Shown one piece after another: positions 37,462 through 48,100 of a DNA stretch of 64,000 nucleotides. A program made the translations under genes and the position numbers. Location: assembly GCA_902578815.1 (NCBI GenBank), contig CACHEI010000002.1, positions 61,563 through 125,562 of the forward strand, in the 5' to 3' direction. Every line of letters starts with the position of its first letter. Within the stretch, counting starts at the first letter, position 1. Below the pieces are notes generated by a model. The model ran no database searches, had not been told where the DNA came from, and saw only the letters and a list, made by a program, of their open reading frames with translations. The DNA comes from an uncultured SAR116 cluster alpha proteobacterium (GTDB taxonomy: Bacteria > Pseudomonadota > Alphaproteobacteria > Puniceispirillales > Puniceispirillaceae).

Positions 37462-38607
37462 ATGGGCATGGACGCTGTAGCGCAGACATTAGATAACATT
37501 ATCATCGGACAATCCGCACCAGTAAAAGATCTGAAGCGGCTGATCAAGGTCGTTGCGAAGGCGAATACCAATGTGCTTGTATTGGGGGAAACAGGAACCG
37601 GCAAGGAATTGGTGGCCAGAGCGCTGCACTCTGAGTCTGGGCGTAAGGGTAAGCTAGTCTCCGTCAATTGCGCGGCAATTCCAAGCGAATTGCTGGAGTC
37701 TGAATTGTTCGGCCATGAAAAAGGTGCCTTTACCGGCGCTGACAAGGCTCGCGCTGGCCGGTTTGAGATGGCCAAGAATGGCACATTATTTCTTGACGAG
37801 ATTGGCGATATGCCTCTGGCGTTGCAGTCAAAGCTGCTACGTGCGCTTGAGGACAAAGCCATTCAGAGAGTTGGCGGCGGTGAGGATGTGCCAGTTGATT
37901 TCAGGCTGATCTGTGCCACCCACCAGAAAATCGAACAGAAAGTCGATGATGGAAGTTTCCGGTCCGATCTATATTTCCGGATCAATGTCTTTCCGGTGCA
38001 GGTGCCGACATTGGCTGAGCGCAGCGTTGACATTCCCCTAATTGCCGAGGCGATCTTTTGTCAGATGGCAGTCGACCAGAAAATTGTCAAACCAAAGCTG
38101 GATGATTCCGCCTGGAGGGAGTTGTCCCGCTATCCCTGGCCCGGCAACATCCGCGAGTTGCGTAATGTCTTGGAACGTGCCGCGGTGCTATTTGCCGGGG
38201 AAGTAATTTCTGGCGCGCATGTGAAGGAAAATCTGCTTCGTCTTAAGGTACCGGACCGTCGTGAGGAACAGGATGCATTGTGGGCGGCATCTGCGAATTT
38301 GGCAGGAATCAATGGCGGCGAGGCTGTTAATTTTGAGCAGCCCTTGCCTCATCCATCCCATTATGCCGATTGGTTTAGCTATTTTGACACAATTGATTTG
38401 CGCCGCCATCTACGCGATGTCGAGGTGGTTTTGATCGAAGCGGCGCTGGGAAAATCTGAAGGCATGGTCAGCCATGCCGCCAGTGCGCTAAAACTACAGC
38501 GAACGACGCTGATCGAGAAAATGAAAAAATTGATGATCGAGCGACCAACGCCGCCAAAAAGCGAATCTGGGACCAAATTAAACCCTAATCTCCCAGGGAA
38601 AGGCTAG
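37462..38607 (+). CDS. sigma-54 enhancer-binding protein lacking an N-terminal regulatory domain (AAA+ plus HTH)
   Basis: The AAA+ core starts about 20 aa from the N-terminus ([23 protein letters not shown]). C-terminal Fis-type HTH ([23 protein letters not shown]). Confidence 0.9.
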   Translation: MGMDAVAQTLDNIIIGQSAPVKDLKRLIKVVAKANTNVLVLGETGTGKELVARALHSESGRKGKLVSVNCAAIPSELLESELFGHEKGAFTGADKARAGRFEMAKNGTLFLDEIGDMPLALQSKLLRALEDKAIQRVGGGEDVPVDFRLICATHQKIEQKVDDGSFRSDLYFRINVFPVQVPTLAERSVDIPLIAEAIFCQMAVDQKIVKPKLDDSAWRELSRYPWPGNIRELRNVLERAAVLFAGEVISGAHVKENLLRLKVPDRREEQDALWAASANLAGINGGEAVNFEQPLPHPSHYADWFSYFDTIDLRRHLRDVEVVLIEAALGKSEGMVSHAASALKLQRTTLIEKMKKLMIERPTPPKSESGTKLNPNLPGKG

Positions 38608-38894
38608 TCTCGATAACCTGACAGGCAACGCAACTTGGAACCGGTAGCCTTTTGCACCTGGCTCATTTCCCGGGTCATCTGCGTAATCGCCCGCGCGTTG
38701 TCAGCAGCGCAAGCTTCTAGCGCCTCAAAAAAATGCTGATCATCATCAGCACCGTTTGTCGCAGTGAATTCATGCAGCATGTCACGTCTGGCAAGATCTA
38801 GATTGACAACACGGTCAAAATTCTGCGCTGCCAACGCGGCTTCAATCTGTTCATTGAATATCTTGAATTGATCAAGAAACTCCGATTTTGTCAT
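38604..38894 (-). CDS. FliT-like small helical protein (tentative)
   Basis: 96-aa helical ORF overlapping the fliS stop by 4 nt. The assignment rests on position only. Confidence 0.35.
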   Translation of the reverse strand: MTKSEFLDQFKIFNEQIEAALAAQNFDRVVNLDLARRDMLHEFTATNGADDDQHFFEALEACAADNARAITQMTREMSQVQKATGSKLRCLSGYRD

Positions 38895-39334
38895 GATGCC
38901 CTCCGTTGCGTCGCAGCGCTTACATCTCCTGATGCTCTGGCCGCTGGTTGAGTGGCCGACATCCGCCAGGCATCACGGATTTCTGAAAGCGAATTAATAG
39001 CCACCTTGATGCTGTCTGGCTCCTCAGATTTGGCACTTTCAAGCAGTTGCTGACGCGCATATTCATAGAGCCTGAACAAATTCTCAGCTATCTCATCACC
39101 TGCTTCAAAATTGAGACTGGTTTGCAACGCATAAATGATCGCTAATGATTTTGACAGCGCCTTGCCTCGAAGTTCCAAATCGGCATTCTTTTTCTCTAAA
39201 TTATTGAAAAAAATATTCATTGAACGGCACAATTCGTCATACAACACACAAATAATCGCGTGTGGATCATCTGAGTCGACAGCTGCCTCACGTTCTGAAT
39301 TTGCGTAAGCATCTAACATTTTGCTATTTTTCAT
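38891..39334 (-). CDS. fliS: flagellin-specific chaperone FliS
   Basis: AYANSEREAAVDSDDPHAIICVLYDELCRSM matches the FliS N-terminal pattern (AY....v.tasP..li.mLYdg). Size fits a four-helix protein. Confidence 0.85.
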   Translation of the reverse strand: MKNSKMLDAYANSEREAAVDSDDPHAIICVLYDELCRSMNIFFNNLEKKNADLELRGKALSKSLAIIYALQTSLNFEAGDEIAENLFRLYEYARQQLLESAKSEEPDSIKVAINSLSEIRDAWRMSATQPAARASGDVSAATQRRAS

Positions 39335-39411
39335 TGATGTGTTGACTCCCGATTAAGTGTCTTAAAACGAATCCTGTTGGCTATGTTCCGCGGGTATGCT
39401 ATAACTGAGCA

Positions 39412-39777
39412 ATGTTGCCATTAGTTCCAGTTACAACTCCGCCGCCATCCGTTGCCTCAATCCCCTCGGCATTGGGGGCCTCTATAAATGGTTTCGATGC
39501 AAACATCGTGCCAAGCAACCGCCAAACTATGCTTGGCGTGACAGGCAAACCAGCAACTGAAATCCTTTCACGCGATTACACGCGGCAGCCACAACCAATG
39601 GTCATCAGTCACCCAAGACAAGCACCATCTGCCGTATCCAGTGAACAATTCCTAGCGGCTCGTAGCTTGCTAGCACCAGCTTTTCAGCACAATATTCTAG
39701 CAACCAAAATGGCGCGTATTTCTAACCTACACGCCGAAACACCACGTTTTCGCGATCAGCTTGATATTGTGGCGTAA
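39412..39777 (+). CDS. hypothetical protein
   Basis: 121-aa P/S/A-rich ORF with no motif. May not be coding. Confidence 0.25.
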   Translation: MLPLVPVTTPPPSVASIPSALGASINGFDANIVPSNRQTMLGVTGKPATEILSRDYTRQPQPMVISHPRQAPSAVSSEQFLAARSLLAPAFQHNILATKMARISNLHAETPRFRDQLDIVA

Positions 39778-39780
39778 GTT

Positions 39781-41415
39781 CTAGCCTCTCTCTAAATCAA
39801 TAACTTTTGACTGTAACTTCAAGTAAAGTTTAAAAAGATCGGCTTCTGTAACAACACCATGCAAGATTCCTGTATTCTGATTCACAACAGGGATACTTTC
39901 ACCAACAAAATCACTAGCCACCTCGATTGACTGTTGCAAGGAGGCATCATGCTTAATCATAACAGGGTCTAATACGAGGTGGTCACAAGTTGGAGCATTG
40001 TTGTCTGATCCAATAAGTTCGTGAATCACTACTTTACCAAGAAATTTGTTGTCTGAATTACGTAATACATAACCCTCCGTCACTTCAGCACTGACCATGG
40101 CATTAATTGCATCGCCAACACTAATATCTTCCCTCAATTTGACGTACTCCTCAGTCACGATAGACATTACCGGAGTTTCCATCATTTCAATATGACCACG
40201 CCCTTGTGAAACGTCTATCTTTCGATCAAGGAGTTGACGGTCAAAAAAAGAATGCCCAAAAACGACACTTGATATCATTGTGCAAATTACGACACTTAGC
40301 ATAGAAGCTAACGCATATTCGTAACTCATTGTCATTTCGAGGATAATCAGTACACCCGCTACTGGCGCTCCGATCACCGCGGATGCGACTGACGCCATAC
40401 CACAGATTGCTAAACCGGGTCCTGCAACCGAAAAACCCAATAAAGCAAGTATACGTCCAGCTAGTGCCCCAGCCGTCACTCCAACAAACATTGCTGGTGA
40501 AAAAATTCCCCCAAATAATCCAAACCCAATACAGAAAGCAGTCGCCACCAATTTAAAAAACAACAGGAGAATTAGGTAATATTCTTCATAAGATTCTGAT
40601 AACACGAAAGAAATAGTCTCACTTCCTAAACCGAGCACCTCTGGAATAAACATTCCAATACAACCAGTAATTGCAGCGGCTGAAAAAACTAGACGCCCAG
40701 TTGACCAGCCCGACCTAGCTGCAAAAGACGCACTCTGACGCAAACTCTGCATAAAAATTACCGCCAACAAACCGAAAATAGGTCCCGCAACCAGAGCGGC
40801 TGGCAGCAGTTCGAGCAAATTTGGCGTCGGATCACTAACCATGAAAAGTGGGTTGTCACCAAATTTCCATTTACTAATCCAAGCCGCAGTAATACTCGCT
40901 ATTGCAATTGGGGCAATCGCGCGGAGTGAAAAATGCCTCAAAATTGCCTCATGAGCGAAAACAACACCTGCAATAGGAGCATTGAAACCTGCTGCAATCG
41001 CTCCAGCTACACCGCAACCAATAAACACATCGGTGGTAATTTTTGAACCGGTGATCTGGCGAATAAGACTGCCCATGGTGGCGCCAAAGTGCACCAGGGG
41101 GCCATATTGCCCTACCGAAGCACCTCCACTTGCCGACACGAAAGCTGCAAGCGTTGAGCCAAAACCGTTTTTAACATCGAGTTCGTTGTCAGTTCGGTGA
41201 GCTGCAAAAATGCTATCGGCAGGTCCGTGCCAACGAACAACACCAAAAACACGCCTGACTAATAAAATTAAGGTCGCAGCTATAAAAAGCCCGATTAAAG
41301 GGCCAAAACTCAATGACAATCCAAAAAGGTCAACATTAAGTAAAACATCGGATGATCTAAGATCAGACAGCCATTGAATTCCCAGAACGAATACATTTGA
41401 GACAAACGCCATCAC
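39781..41415 (-). CDS. ClC-family channel/transporter homolog with a C-terminal CBS pair and non-canonical selectivity motifs
   Basis: GIFSPAMFVG (the GxFxP motif), GAPVAGVLIILEMTMSY, and two C-terminal CBS-like domains. GQYGP replaces the usual GREGP, and HGPAD replaces GSGIP/GHGVPE. Confidence 0.8.
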   Translation of the reverse strand: MMAFVSNVFVLGIQWLSDLRSSDVLLNVDLFGLSLSFGPLIGLFIAATLILLVRRVFGVVRWHGPADSIFAAHRTDNELDVKNGFGSTLAAFVSASGGASVGQYGPLVHFGATMGSLIRQITGSKITTDVFIGCGVAGAIAAGFNAPIAGVVFAHEAILRHFSLRAIAPIAIASITAAWISKWKFGDNPLFMVSDPTPNLLELLPAALVAGPIFGLLAVIFMQSLRQSASFAARSGWSTGRLVFSAAAITGCIGMFIPEVLGLGSETISFVLSESYEEYYLILLLFFKLVATAFCIGFGLFGGIFSPAMFVGVTAGALAGRILALLGFSVAGPGLAICGMASVASAVIGAPVAGVLIILEMTMSYEYALASMLSVVICTMISSVVFGHSFFDRQLLDRKIDVSQGRGHIEMMETPVMSIVTEEYVKLREDISVGDAINAMVSAEVTEGYVLRNSDNKFLGKVVIHELIGSDNNAPTCDHLVLDPVMIKHDASLQQSIEVASDFVGESIPVVNQNTGILHGVVTEADLFKLYLKLQSKVIDLERG

Positions 41416-41645
41416 AAGGCCAAAAATAAGCCCAGTTACAATTACTGAAAATATTGTTTTAATGAGAATAAAAAACCCCTTTCAAAAAAGAGCTTTCCAA
41501 AAGGCAATCACAAAAATCCTTTAGAAAAACACCAAAAAGACTACCTCTAGAAATCGAATTTAAATTTGTATTCTTTTGTAAAATTTGAAAACTTCGTTCA
41601 AGCGATGTGGATCGCCTAATTCAAAAAAGCAAAAATGTCACGTTA

Positions 41646-41661
41646 CGGCATAAAAATTGCA
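41646..41661 (+). promoter_or_regulatory. candidate sigma-54 promoter upstream of fliD
   Basis: CGGCATAAAAATTGCA (GG-N10-GC, -12 TTGCA), 68 nt upstream of the fliD ATG. Confidence 0.6.
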
Positions 41662-41728
41662 AAAAACAGTCGTTACCAATTGGGGTCAGATTACACCCTC
41701 AGTTATGTTATACTATGAGAAGTCTGAC

Positions 41729-44377
41729 ATGTCAGTTGATTATCTATCTAGCCTTAAAATCGGTTCAGGCCTGAACACTACACAGATAATTGATTCTATA
41801 GTTGACGCAGAGCGTGCTCCAAAAGCTAATTTAATTGATCGGTCTAAAGAAAAAAAGTCGGTTGAAATTTCCGGTCTTGGCCAATTGAAGCAGGATTTTG
41901 ATAACCTGAATCAGAAAATCGGGCTTTTGTCTGGAAATACTGGCTTAAGCGCTACAAGTTCTGGGTCTACAACCACTGTAACGATAAGTGACAAGGCCAG
42001 AGCCAAGGCGTTTTCTCATCAAATTGAAATAACACAACTAGCAAAAGCCCACACACTAGTTTTTGGCGGTTTTTCCAGTGAAACTTCAAACCTCGGTACA
42101 GGCAACATTACTTTCGATTTTGGAACTTGGAGTGGAGGTAGTTTCTCCGCAAACAGCACTGAGCTCTCTAAGCAGGTAACCATAGACGCATCAAATAATA
42201 CACTGATCGGCCTTAGGGATGCTATCAACTCTCAAGATATGCAAGTGGTGGCATCAATCTTAAAGACTGGCAACAATAGCTATTCCCTTATGGTGAAATC
42301 CAATGAGGGAGCTGCTAACGCAATGCGGATGACAACGGTCGAAAATCCTAGCGGGAGTGGACTTTCATCCATTTCTTACACAAGCTATGACAGCAACATT
42401 GAGACGGTAGCTGCTTCAGATGCTAGTTTCAAAATTGATGGAACGACAATCACAAGAGACAAAAACAAGATATCAGACCTGATAGACGGTGTCACAATGA
42501 CACTAAATTCGACCACCAGCTCTGCGGAAACAGTTAGTGCTGCTTATGACAGCAAAGTGGCTGAAAGTGCGATTGTTAGTCTCGTGGATCAAATTAATAG
42601 TCTCCAGAATTCACTGACAACCTTATCGCAACGCGGGCTTAATGGGGCTGAGGCCGGCCCATTAGCAGGAGATCCCCTAGTTAGAACTCTCCAAAACAGA
42701 ATAAAGGCTTATACTACAACAGCACTTTCCGGTTTTAATAATTCAAACAAGTATTTGGCTGAATTTGGTGTTAAAACTCAAAAAGACGGGTCATTGATCT
42801 TTGAAGCGTCGAGTTTTAACAGAGCATTTGATAGAGACCCCGACGCCTTTTCTGCTCTTACGAACACTCGTGCTACCACGCCTAATAGTAGCGTTGAAGC
42901 AAGCCTTTTTGGTACTGATTTCACGGCGGGAATATACACATTTTTTATTGATGGTGAAGGCAACGCAACGTTAGCGAACGACAGCAAAATCAAGAATGCA
43001 TCATTCACCATTTCGGAGAACACGACACCAACAGCAGGTGAAGTAAATGCAATCAAACTTACAGCCGGATCTTCATCTATTGAATTTGCAGCAAAAACGG
43101 ATAGCGCATCAGCTGGAAATACTACAGCTGCAATAAAAGCGGCTTTTGATGATTTAAAAGACAAAAAAGGCTTTTCTGCGAGTTTTGCAAATAACGTAAT
43201 TACATTTACAAGAACTGACGGACAAAATCTGTCAGTCCAGAAATCCGCAAACACTTACAAAGGTGTAGAAGTTAAGGCTCACTCAACAGTGGACCAAGGA
43301 GCTATTCGTACAGTTACATTAGGCCTTGGTACATCAGATGAACTAGCTCTCCAAACCAGCAACACGAATAGTGGCGCAACAATGCTGGATGAATTACAGA
43401 CGGCCTTTAATGCTCTTAGCGAAACCGAACAAAAAGGTTATAAAATAGCGCGTACTAGTGATGCAATTCAGTTCTACCGTCTTGATGGAACAACTTTCAC
43501 AATACATTCTGACAGTGATGATCTAACACATGATGGCGGCAATAATACTTCAGCCGCACAGTTCACCTCACTAGCTCAAGGAACAGTTGCGGTAAATTAC
43601 AAAAGTGGTGGAACTGCAGCAGAGGGCAATGAAACGATACAAATTGACTTAATTGGCGCAACCAGTGGTACGACTGATGATCTCACATTCACCACAGCTG
43701 CTTTAGCAGCTGGAGATGACACAGAAATCGTTACCGCAATAAAAACAGCTTTTGATGCACTTACCGACAAAAAAGGCTATCTGGCAACCGTTGCAAATAA
43801 TACCATTACTTTTACCAGATCAGATGGGGAAAATTTTACCTTTGAGGCAACAGAAACAGGCACTGTTGGCTCTAGTGCCATTACCTTGGAGGCCAGCATA
43901 GATGGCGCATCAGCTGCCGACCTTACCTCTGGAACAGCTACATCAGCCACCTCCGCAGGAAATAAGACTGCTGCTCAAGTCTCAGTCAATTCTGCCACAA
44001 CCCTGACTTCAAACCTAAATGAAAACATTTCAGCCGGTGGAGCCTTAATAAGCAATACACCAATAGCTACTGTCACGGTAGGGAGCGGTGAGAGTACGAA
44101 GGTATATCTTGGAAAAAGTTTAGTTACGGGACTAACTTCGTTCGCCACAAATATCACCGCATCTAATGGTGACCTTGAGGCTAAAATCGCTAAGTACAAC
44201 GACGATTTAGAGGACTTGACTGAAGATATGACAGCATTGGACAAGAGAATTGAGGTTCTCAGATCAAGATACGTGACACAATTTGCTGCAATGGATAAAG
44301 CTGTGGCTAGTCTCAAAACTACTGAAACTTATCTCGATAATATGATGGAGTCCTGGAGAGCAACTTTAAAACAGTAG
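41729..44377 (+). CDS. fliD: flagellar filament cap protein FliD, enlarged (882 aa)
   Basis: ATG at 41729. N-terminus LKIGSGLNTTQIIDSIVDAERAPK. C-terminal coiled coil LTEDMTALDKRIEVLRSRYVTQFAAMDKAVASLKTTETYLDNMM. Large central insertion. Confidence 0.9.
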   Translation: MSVDYLSSLKIGSGLNTTQIIDSIVDAERAPKANLIDRSKEKKSVEISGLGQLKQDFDNLNQKIGLLSGNTGLSATSSGSTTTVTISDKARAKAFSHQIEITQLAKAHTLVFGGFSSETSNLGTGNITFDFGTWSGGSFSANSTELSKQVTIDASNNTLIGLRDAINSQDMQVVASILKTGNNSYSLMVKSNEGAANAMRMTTVENPSGSGLSSISYTSYDSNIETVAASDASFKIDGTTITRDKNKISDLIDGVTMTLNSTTSSAETVSAAYDSKVAESAIVSLVDQINSLQNSLTTLSQRGLNGAEAGPLAGDPLVRTLQNRIKAYTTTALSGFNNSNKYLAEFGVKTQKDGSLIFEASSFNRAFDRDPDAFSALTNTRATTPNSSVEASLFGTDFTAGIYTFFIDGEGNATLANDSKIKNASFTISENTTPTAGEVNAIKLTAGSSSIEFAAKTDSASAGNTTAAIKAAFDDLKDKKGFSASFANNVITFTRTDGQNLSVQKSANTYKGVEVKAHSTVDQGAIRTVTLGLGTSDELALQTSNTNSGATMLDELQTAFNALSETEQKGYKIARTSDAIQFYRLDGTTFTIHSDSDDLTHDGGNNTSAAQFTSLAQGTVAVNYKSGGTAAEGNETIQIDLIGATSGTTDDLTFTTAALAAGDDTEIVTAIKTAFDALTDKKGYLATVANNTITFTRSDGENFTFEATETGTVGSSAITLEASIDGASAADLTSGTATSATSAGNKTAAQVSVNSATTLTSNLNENISAGGALISNTPIATVTVGSGESTKVYLGKSLVTGLTSFATNITASNGDLEAKIAKYNDDLEDLTEDMTALDKRIEVLRSRYVTQFAAMDKAVASLKTTETYLDNMMESWRATLKQ

Positions 44378-44393
44378 GACATCTGGAGTTAGG

Positions 44394-44879
44394 TTAAATC
44401 ACATCTAATAGTGAAAGCTTTTTACCAGCCAACTCCGCTAAGTTTGGTGTGCTTTCATTTTCCTCGAGTCGCCATCCTGCCGGTGCCTTTGGTACTGTGT
44501 TAGACCTTAATCCAAAGACATAAGCTTTGAAAGCTTTCACAGATGCCTCTCCATTCCATTCCTGAACCTTTGTGCCGTCCTCCAAAGAACCAAAAAGGGG
44601 TTTTTGCCTCCTGGGTTTGCCAACACTTTCGTTCATGAGCCGATAATAGCTAAAACCGTCCAACAACTCAGTTGCAATTTCTCCAGCCTCGATTTCTGAG
44701 AGAAATTGCAGACATTGCATGCTGGTCACTGAAATTGCTTCAGTCAGAATTGGATCATAATGTTCTGAGAGCCCCTCAGCATATTTTTTTCCGAAAGCTT
44801 CAAGTTCCATTTCTGACGCCAAATATTCACTAGCGGCGCGCGCAACTGAAATATCGAAAATCCAAGCTGGACAATGCAT
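44394..44879 (-). CDS. hypothetical protein between fliD and fliC
   Basis: 161-aa ORF with no motif recognised. Confidence 0.4.
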   Translation of the reverse strand: MHCPAWIFDISVARAASEYLASEMELEAFGKKYAEGLSEHYDPILTEAISVTSMQCLQFLSEIEAGEIATELLDGFSYYRLMNESVGKPRRQKPLFGSLEDGTKVQEWNGEASVKAFKAYVFGLRSNTVPKAPAGWRLEENESTPNLAELAGKKLSLLDVI

Positions 44880-45145
44880 AAATTAAAGCACTCCAAAGTT
44901 GTGTTGCTAGCAACCAACAAAACTAGTTTGGTGTATAAAATATCTAAGTCAAACCTCGACGACCAGATTATAAAAAAAATTACAAAAAACTACAAAACAA
45001 AAGTATTTCCAAATAATATAGACAAATATTTGTTTTTTTTCAATAGGTTATTAATTTTTTTGGTGGTTAAACTAATCATTTTCACACCCCGTCGTTAATG
45101 AAACTGACAAAGGGCAATAAAGCCACTAATCTGACGGAGGTCGTT

Positions 45146-48100
45146 ATGACTGTCATTAACACAAATACTGCGGCAATTAATGCCCAGTATAATTTGAGTA
45201 AAGTGCAATCCCAACAAGAAGACGCCATGGAGCGTCTTGCTTCTGGTTTGCGCATAAATAGCGCAGCCGATGACGCTGCAGGCGTTGCTATTGCATCTCG
45301 CATGAACGCTGAAATCACCGGAACACAAATGGCTATTCGCAATGCCATGGACTCACAGGCCATGATGGATACTGCTGAGGGTGCTCACGTCGAGATTGAG
45401 AGCATTTTGCAGCGGATGCGTGAACTGGCAGTTCAGTCTGCCAATGATACATATTCAGACTCAGACCGTGATAATCTGCAAGCTGAGCTGTCTCAGCTAC
45501 AAACTGAGATTGACCGTATCGCATCAGCAACAAATTGGGGTGGTAAAAGTCTCTTAAATGGCTCTTCGCTCTCAACAGCTACTTCTCACTCAGACGTGGC
45601 TTCATTCCAGTTTCAGGTTGGAACCGGAAGTACTGCTGTAAACAGCATTAACGTAGACATTGGTGCGGTTAGTTCCGCAGCACTTGGTGTTGGCGTCGGA
45701 AGTGGTAAGGCCGCAACAGGCGAAACGTCTGTAACTGCCAGCACATTAAATGCGCCTGCATCTGTATCAATCGAAAATGGCAAGATTTCAATTTCAGGCA
45801 AGCCACAGGTCGGTGACGTATTTAAGTTTGACGTAAATGGTGAAGAAATTTCAATCACATATAGCGTCAGCGATGAATACTCAGACGACCTTGCAGGTCT
45901 AAGTGCACAGTTGAAAAATGCACTTGATACAAAGATCAACGCTGCTGACGTGTCGCCTTCTCTTGCGGCTGTTAGCGTTGTGGATAACAGAGATGGTTCT
46001 ATCAGCCTAAGTCAATCCTCCACACCTGTTCTTCAGACTGCCACAAATGACGAAACCAGCGGCACAACTCTTGACAACAGTGCTATTGAGATTGATGGCA
46101 ACACCGTGAGAATGAGTGGAACTTTTGACAGCGGCTCTGGCTCCGGTGATAAGTTTGGTGTAACAATCAATGGTGTAGTGGTTGAAATACAGGCCACCGC
46201 AACAGACGCATTTTCTGATGACTTCACTGGCTTAAGCGCTCAGCTTAAAGCTGCAATTGACTCAAATGCAACGCTGAACGGGACCGTAACTGCTGTTGAC
46301 AACAAAGACGGTAGTGTAACTATTACGCAGAACACCAGCCCAGTAATTCAAGGTGCTGAGACCACTCTGGCTAAAACCCAGACTTCTACACTTGCATTCA
46401 GTGATACTCAGGGTACACGCTCTGCAAGCATCAAGGTTTCAGAGGAAACCGCTAATAGTGCTACTCCTGCAACAGGTGATGTCAACATGATCACTCTGAC
46501 CACCGAAGCTGGTGCTTCAATCACTTTTGGTGGCAAAACCGGACAGAATGGTTCCACTCCCGCTGCCGGTGACACCGCCAAAATTATCAAGGCGGCGTTT
46601 GATCAACTTGCTGACAAAAAAGGTTTCACAGCTGCAATTAATTCAAGCAACGAAGTTACGTTTAGTCATGCTAGCGCAAACTTTCAAATCTCAAAGCCCA
46701 CAGTAAGGTTCACGGGCATTGAGATCGATACGACGGGTATCACCGCTGTAGCAGCCGCAGGCGCCCGTTCTCTGTTTATTGGAACGGATACTGCAAACGC
46801 TATCGAGTTGACATCTGGTGCCACCGGTACTGACAACGCGACTACTCTTGACGCTATGGCAGCAGAGTTTGATGCATTGGGCACAGCCGGTCAGAAGGGT
46901 TTCCAACTGACAAAGGTGTCTGACGGATCAGGCGCCACGACACAGCTTCAGTTTTATCGTATTGATAATGTTGCTTTCTCTGTGAATGCGAACTCAACTG
47001 AATTTCAGCATGACGCAGGTAACAACTCCGCTCCGGCTGCATATACAAGTAGTGCGGCGGGTACAGTGGACATCACATTAAATGCCAACACAGCTGAGGG
47101 TGGTGAAACTCTAGCGGTTCAGCTTGTCGATACATCTGGGCAAGGAAACAACGCAAGTTCAGACCATGATATAACCTTTACAACTGCTGCTTTGGTTGCC
47201 GGTGATGGTCAAACTCAGATTGGTCGGGCAATCGCTGATGCGTTCAATGCTTTGTCCACAGCCGACAGAAAAGGTTATTCCATAACCCACACTGCCTCAA
47301 CTGGAGCGGTTCAATTCACAAGAGCTGATGGACAAAATTTCCAGATTGGTATTACAGAGAATAATGCTGGTGCTACCGCTTTGGACCTCTTTTTTAAACT
47401 CGACGGTGCTGGCGTCGCTGCCACAATGCTAAACGGTGGAGCTATGGATGGTACCTTAGCCACAGTTACAGCAGGCGGTGTTCAGAACGCGCAAAAGCAG
47501 GATGCTGTCGCGTCCTTACTTGGGGATGATCTAGATCAGCATACATCAGGAAGTGCTGCTGCCATCACCACAACAAAGACAGCGTTGACAACAACGGCTT
47601 TTGGTGACCTTGCAAATCAAGCTGCTCTTACTTTTGGTGGTGGTTATGTCACTGGCAAGGAGTACAGTGTAGACTTGTTTGGTCAAACTGTAAGTATAGT
47701 GGCTGACGACTTCGATGGCTTTGAAAACTCACTTAATGGCCTTGCCAACCAAATGGCTCAGGCGATAAATACTGCGGGCGTACCAGGTATTTCTGCTGCT
47801 GTAACTAATCAGTACGTAGAAATCACTTCAAAGCCCGAAATTTCCAATGCAGTGGTTATCAAAGACCAGACACAAGCAGATGCCTCTATTACCGTCGACA
47901 CAGCAACCAACAAGATTACTCTTGGTGGACAAATTGACAATGGTGATGAGTTTGGTTTCACTATTAATGGGACGGACCTAACCTTCAAAATTGGAGCAGA
48001 CGGTTTCTCCAACACTGATGCAGGTGTTAGAGCTCAACTGAAGGCAGTAATAGAAGATGCAGGTATCACTGGCTTAGTTGTGACAGAAGGTACTGGTCGT

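Noticed and set aside
42778-43254. Long antisense or overlapping ORFs inside the flagellar genes, for example 42778..43254, 48034..48483, 34003..34539, 6444..6953, 31750..32247 and 58490..58876.
   Set aside because: They are shadow ORFs on the opposite strand or in an alternative frame of strongly supported genes. They are compositionally biased (S/A/V/T-rich) and carry no motifs.
44880-45145. A sigma-28-type promoter (TAAA-N15-GCCGATAA) upstream of fliC. Candidates are GCCACTAA at about 45120 and GTCGTTAA at about 45091.
   Set aside because: The -35 element or the spacing does not fit: it is 19 nt for one candidate, and the other would leave no leader. The fliC promoter stays unidentified.
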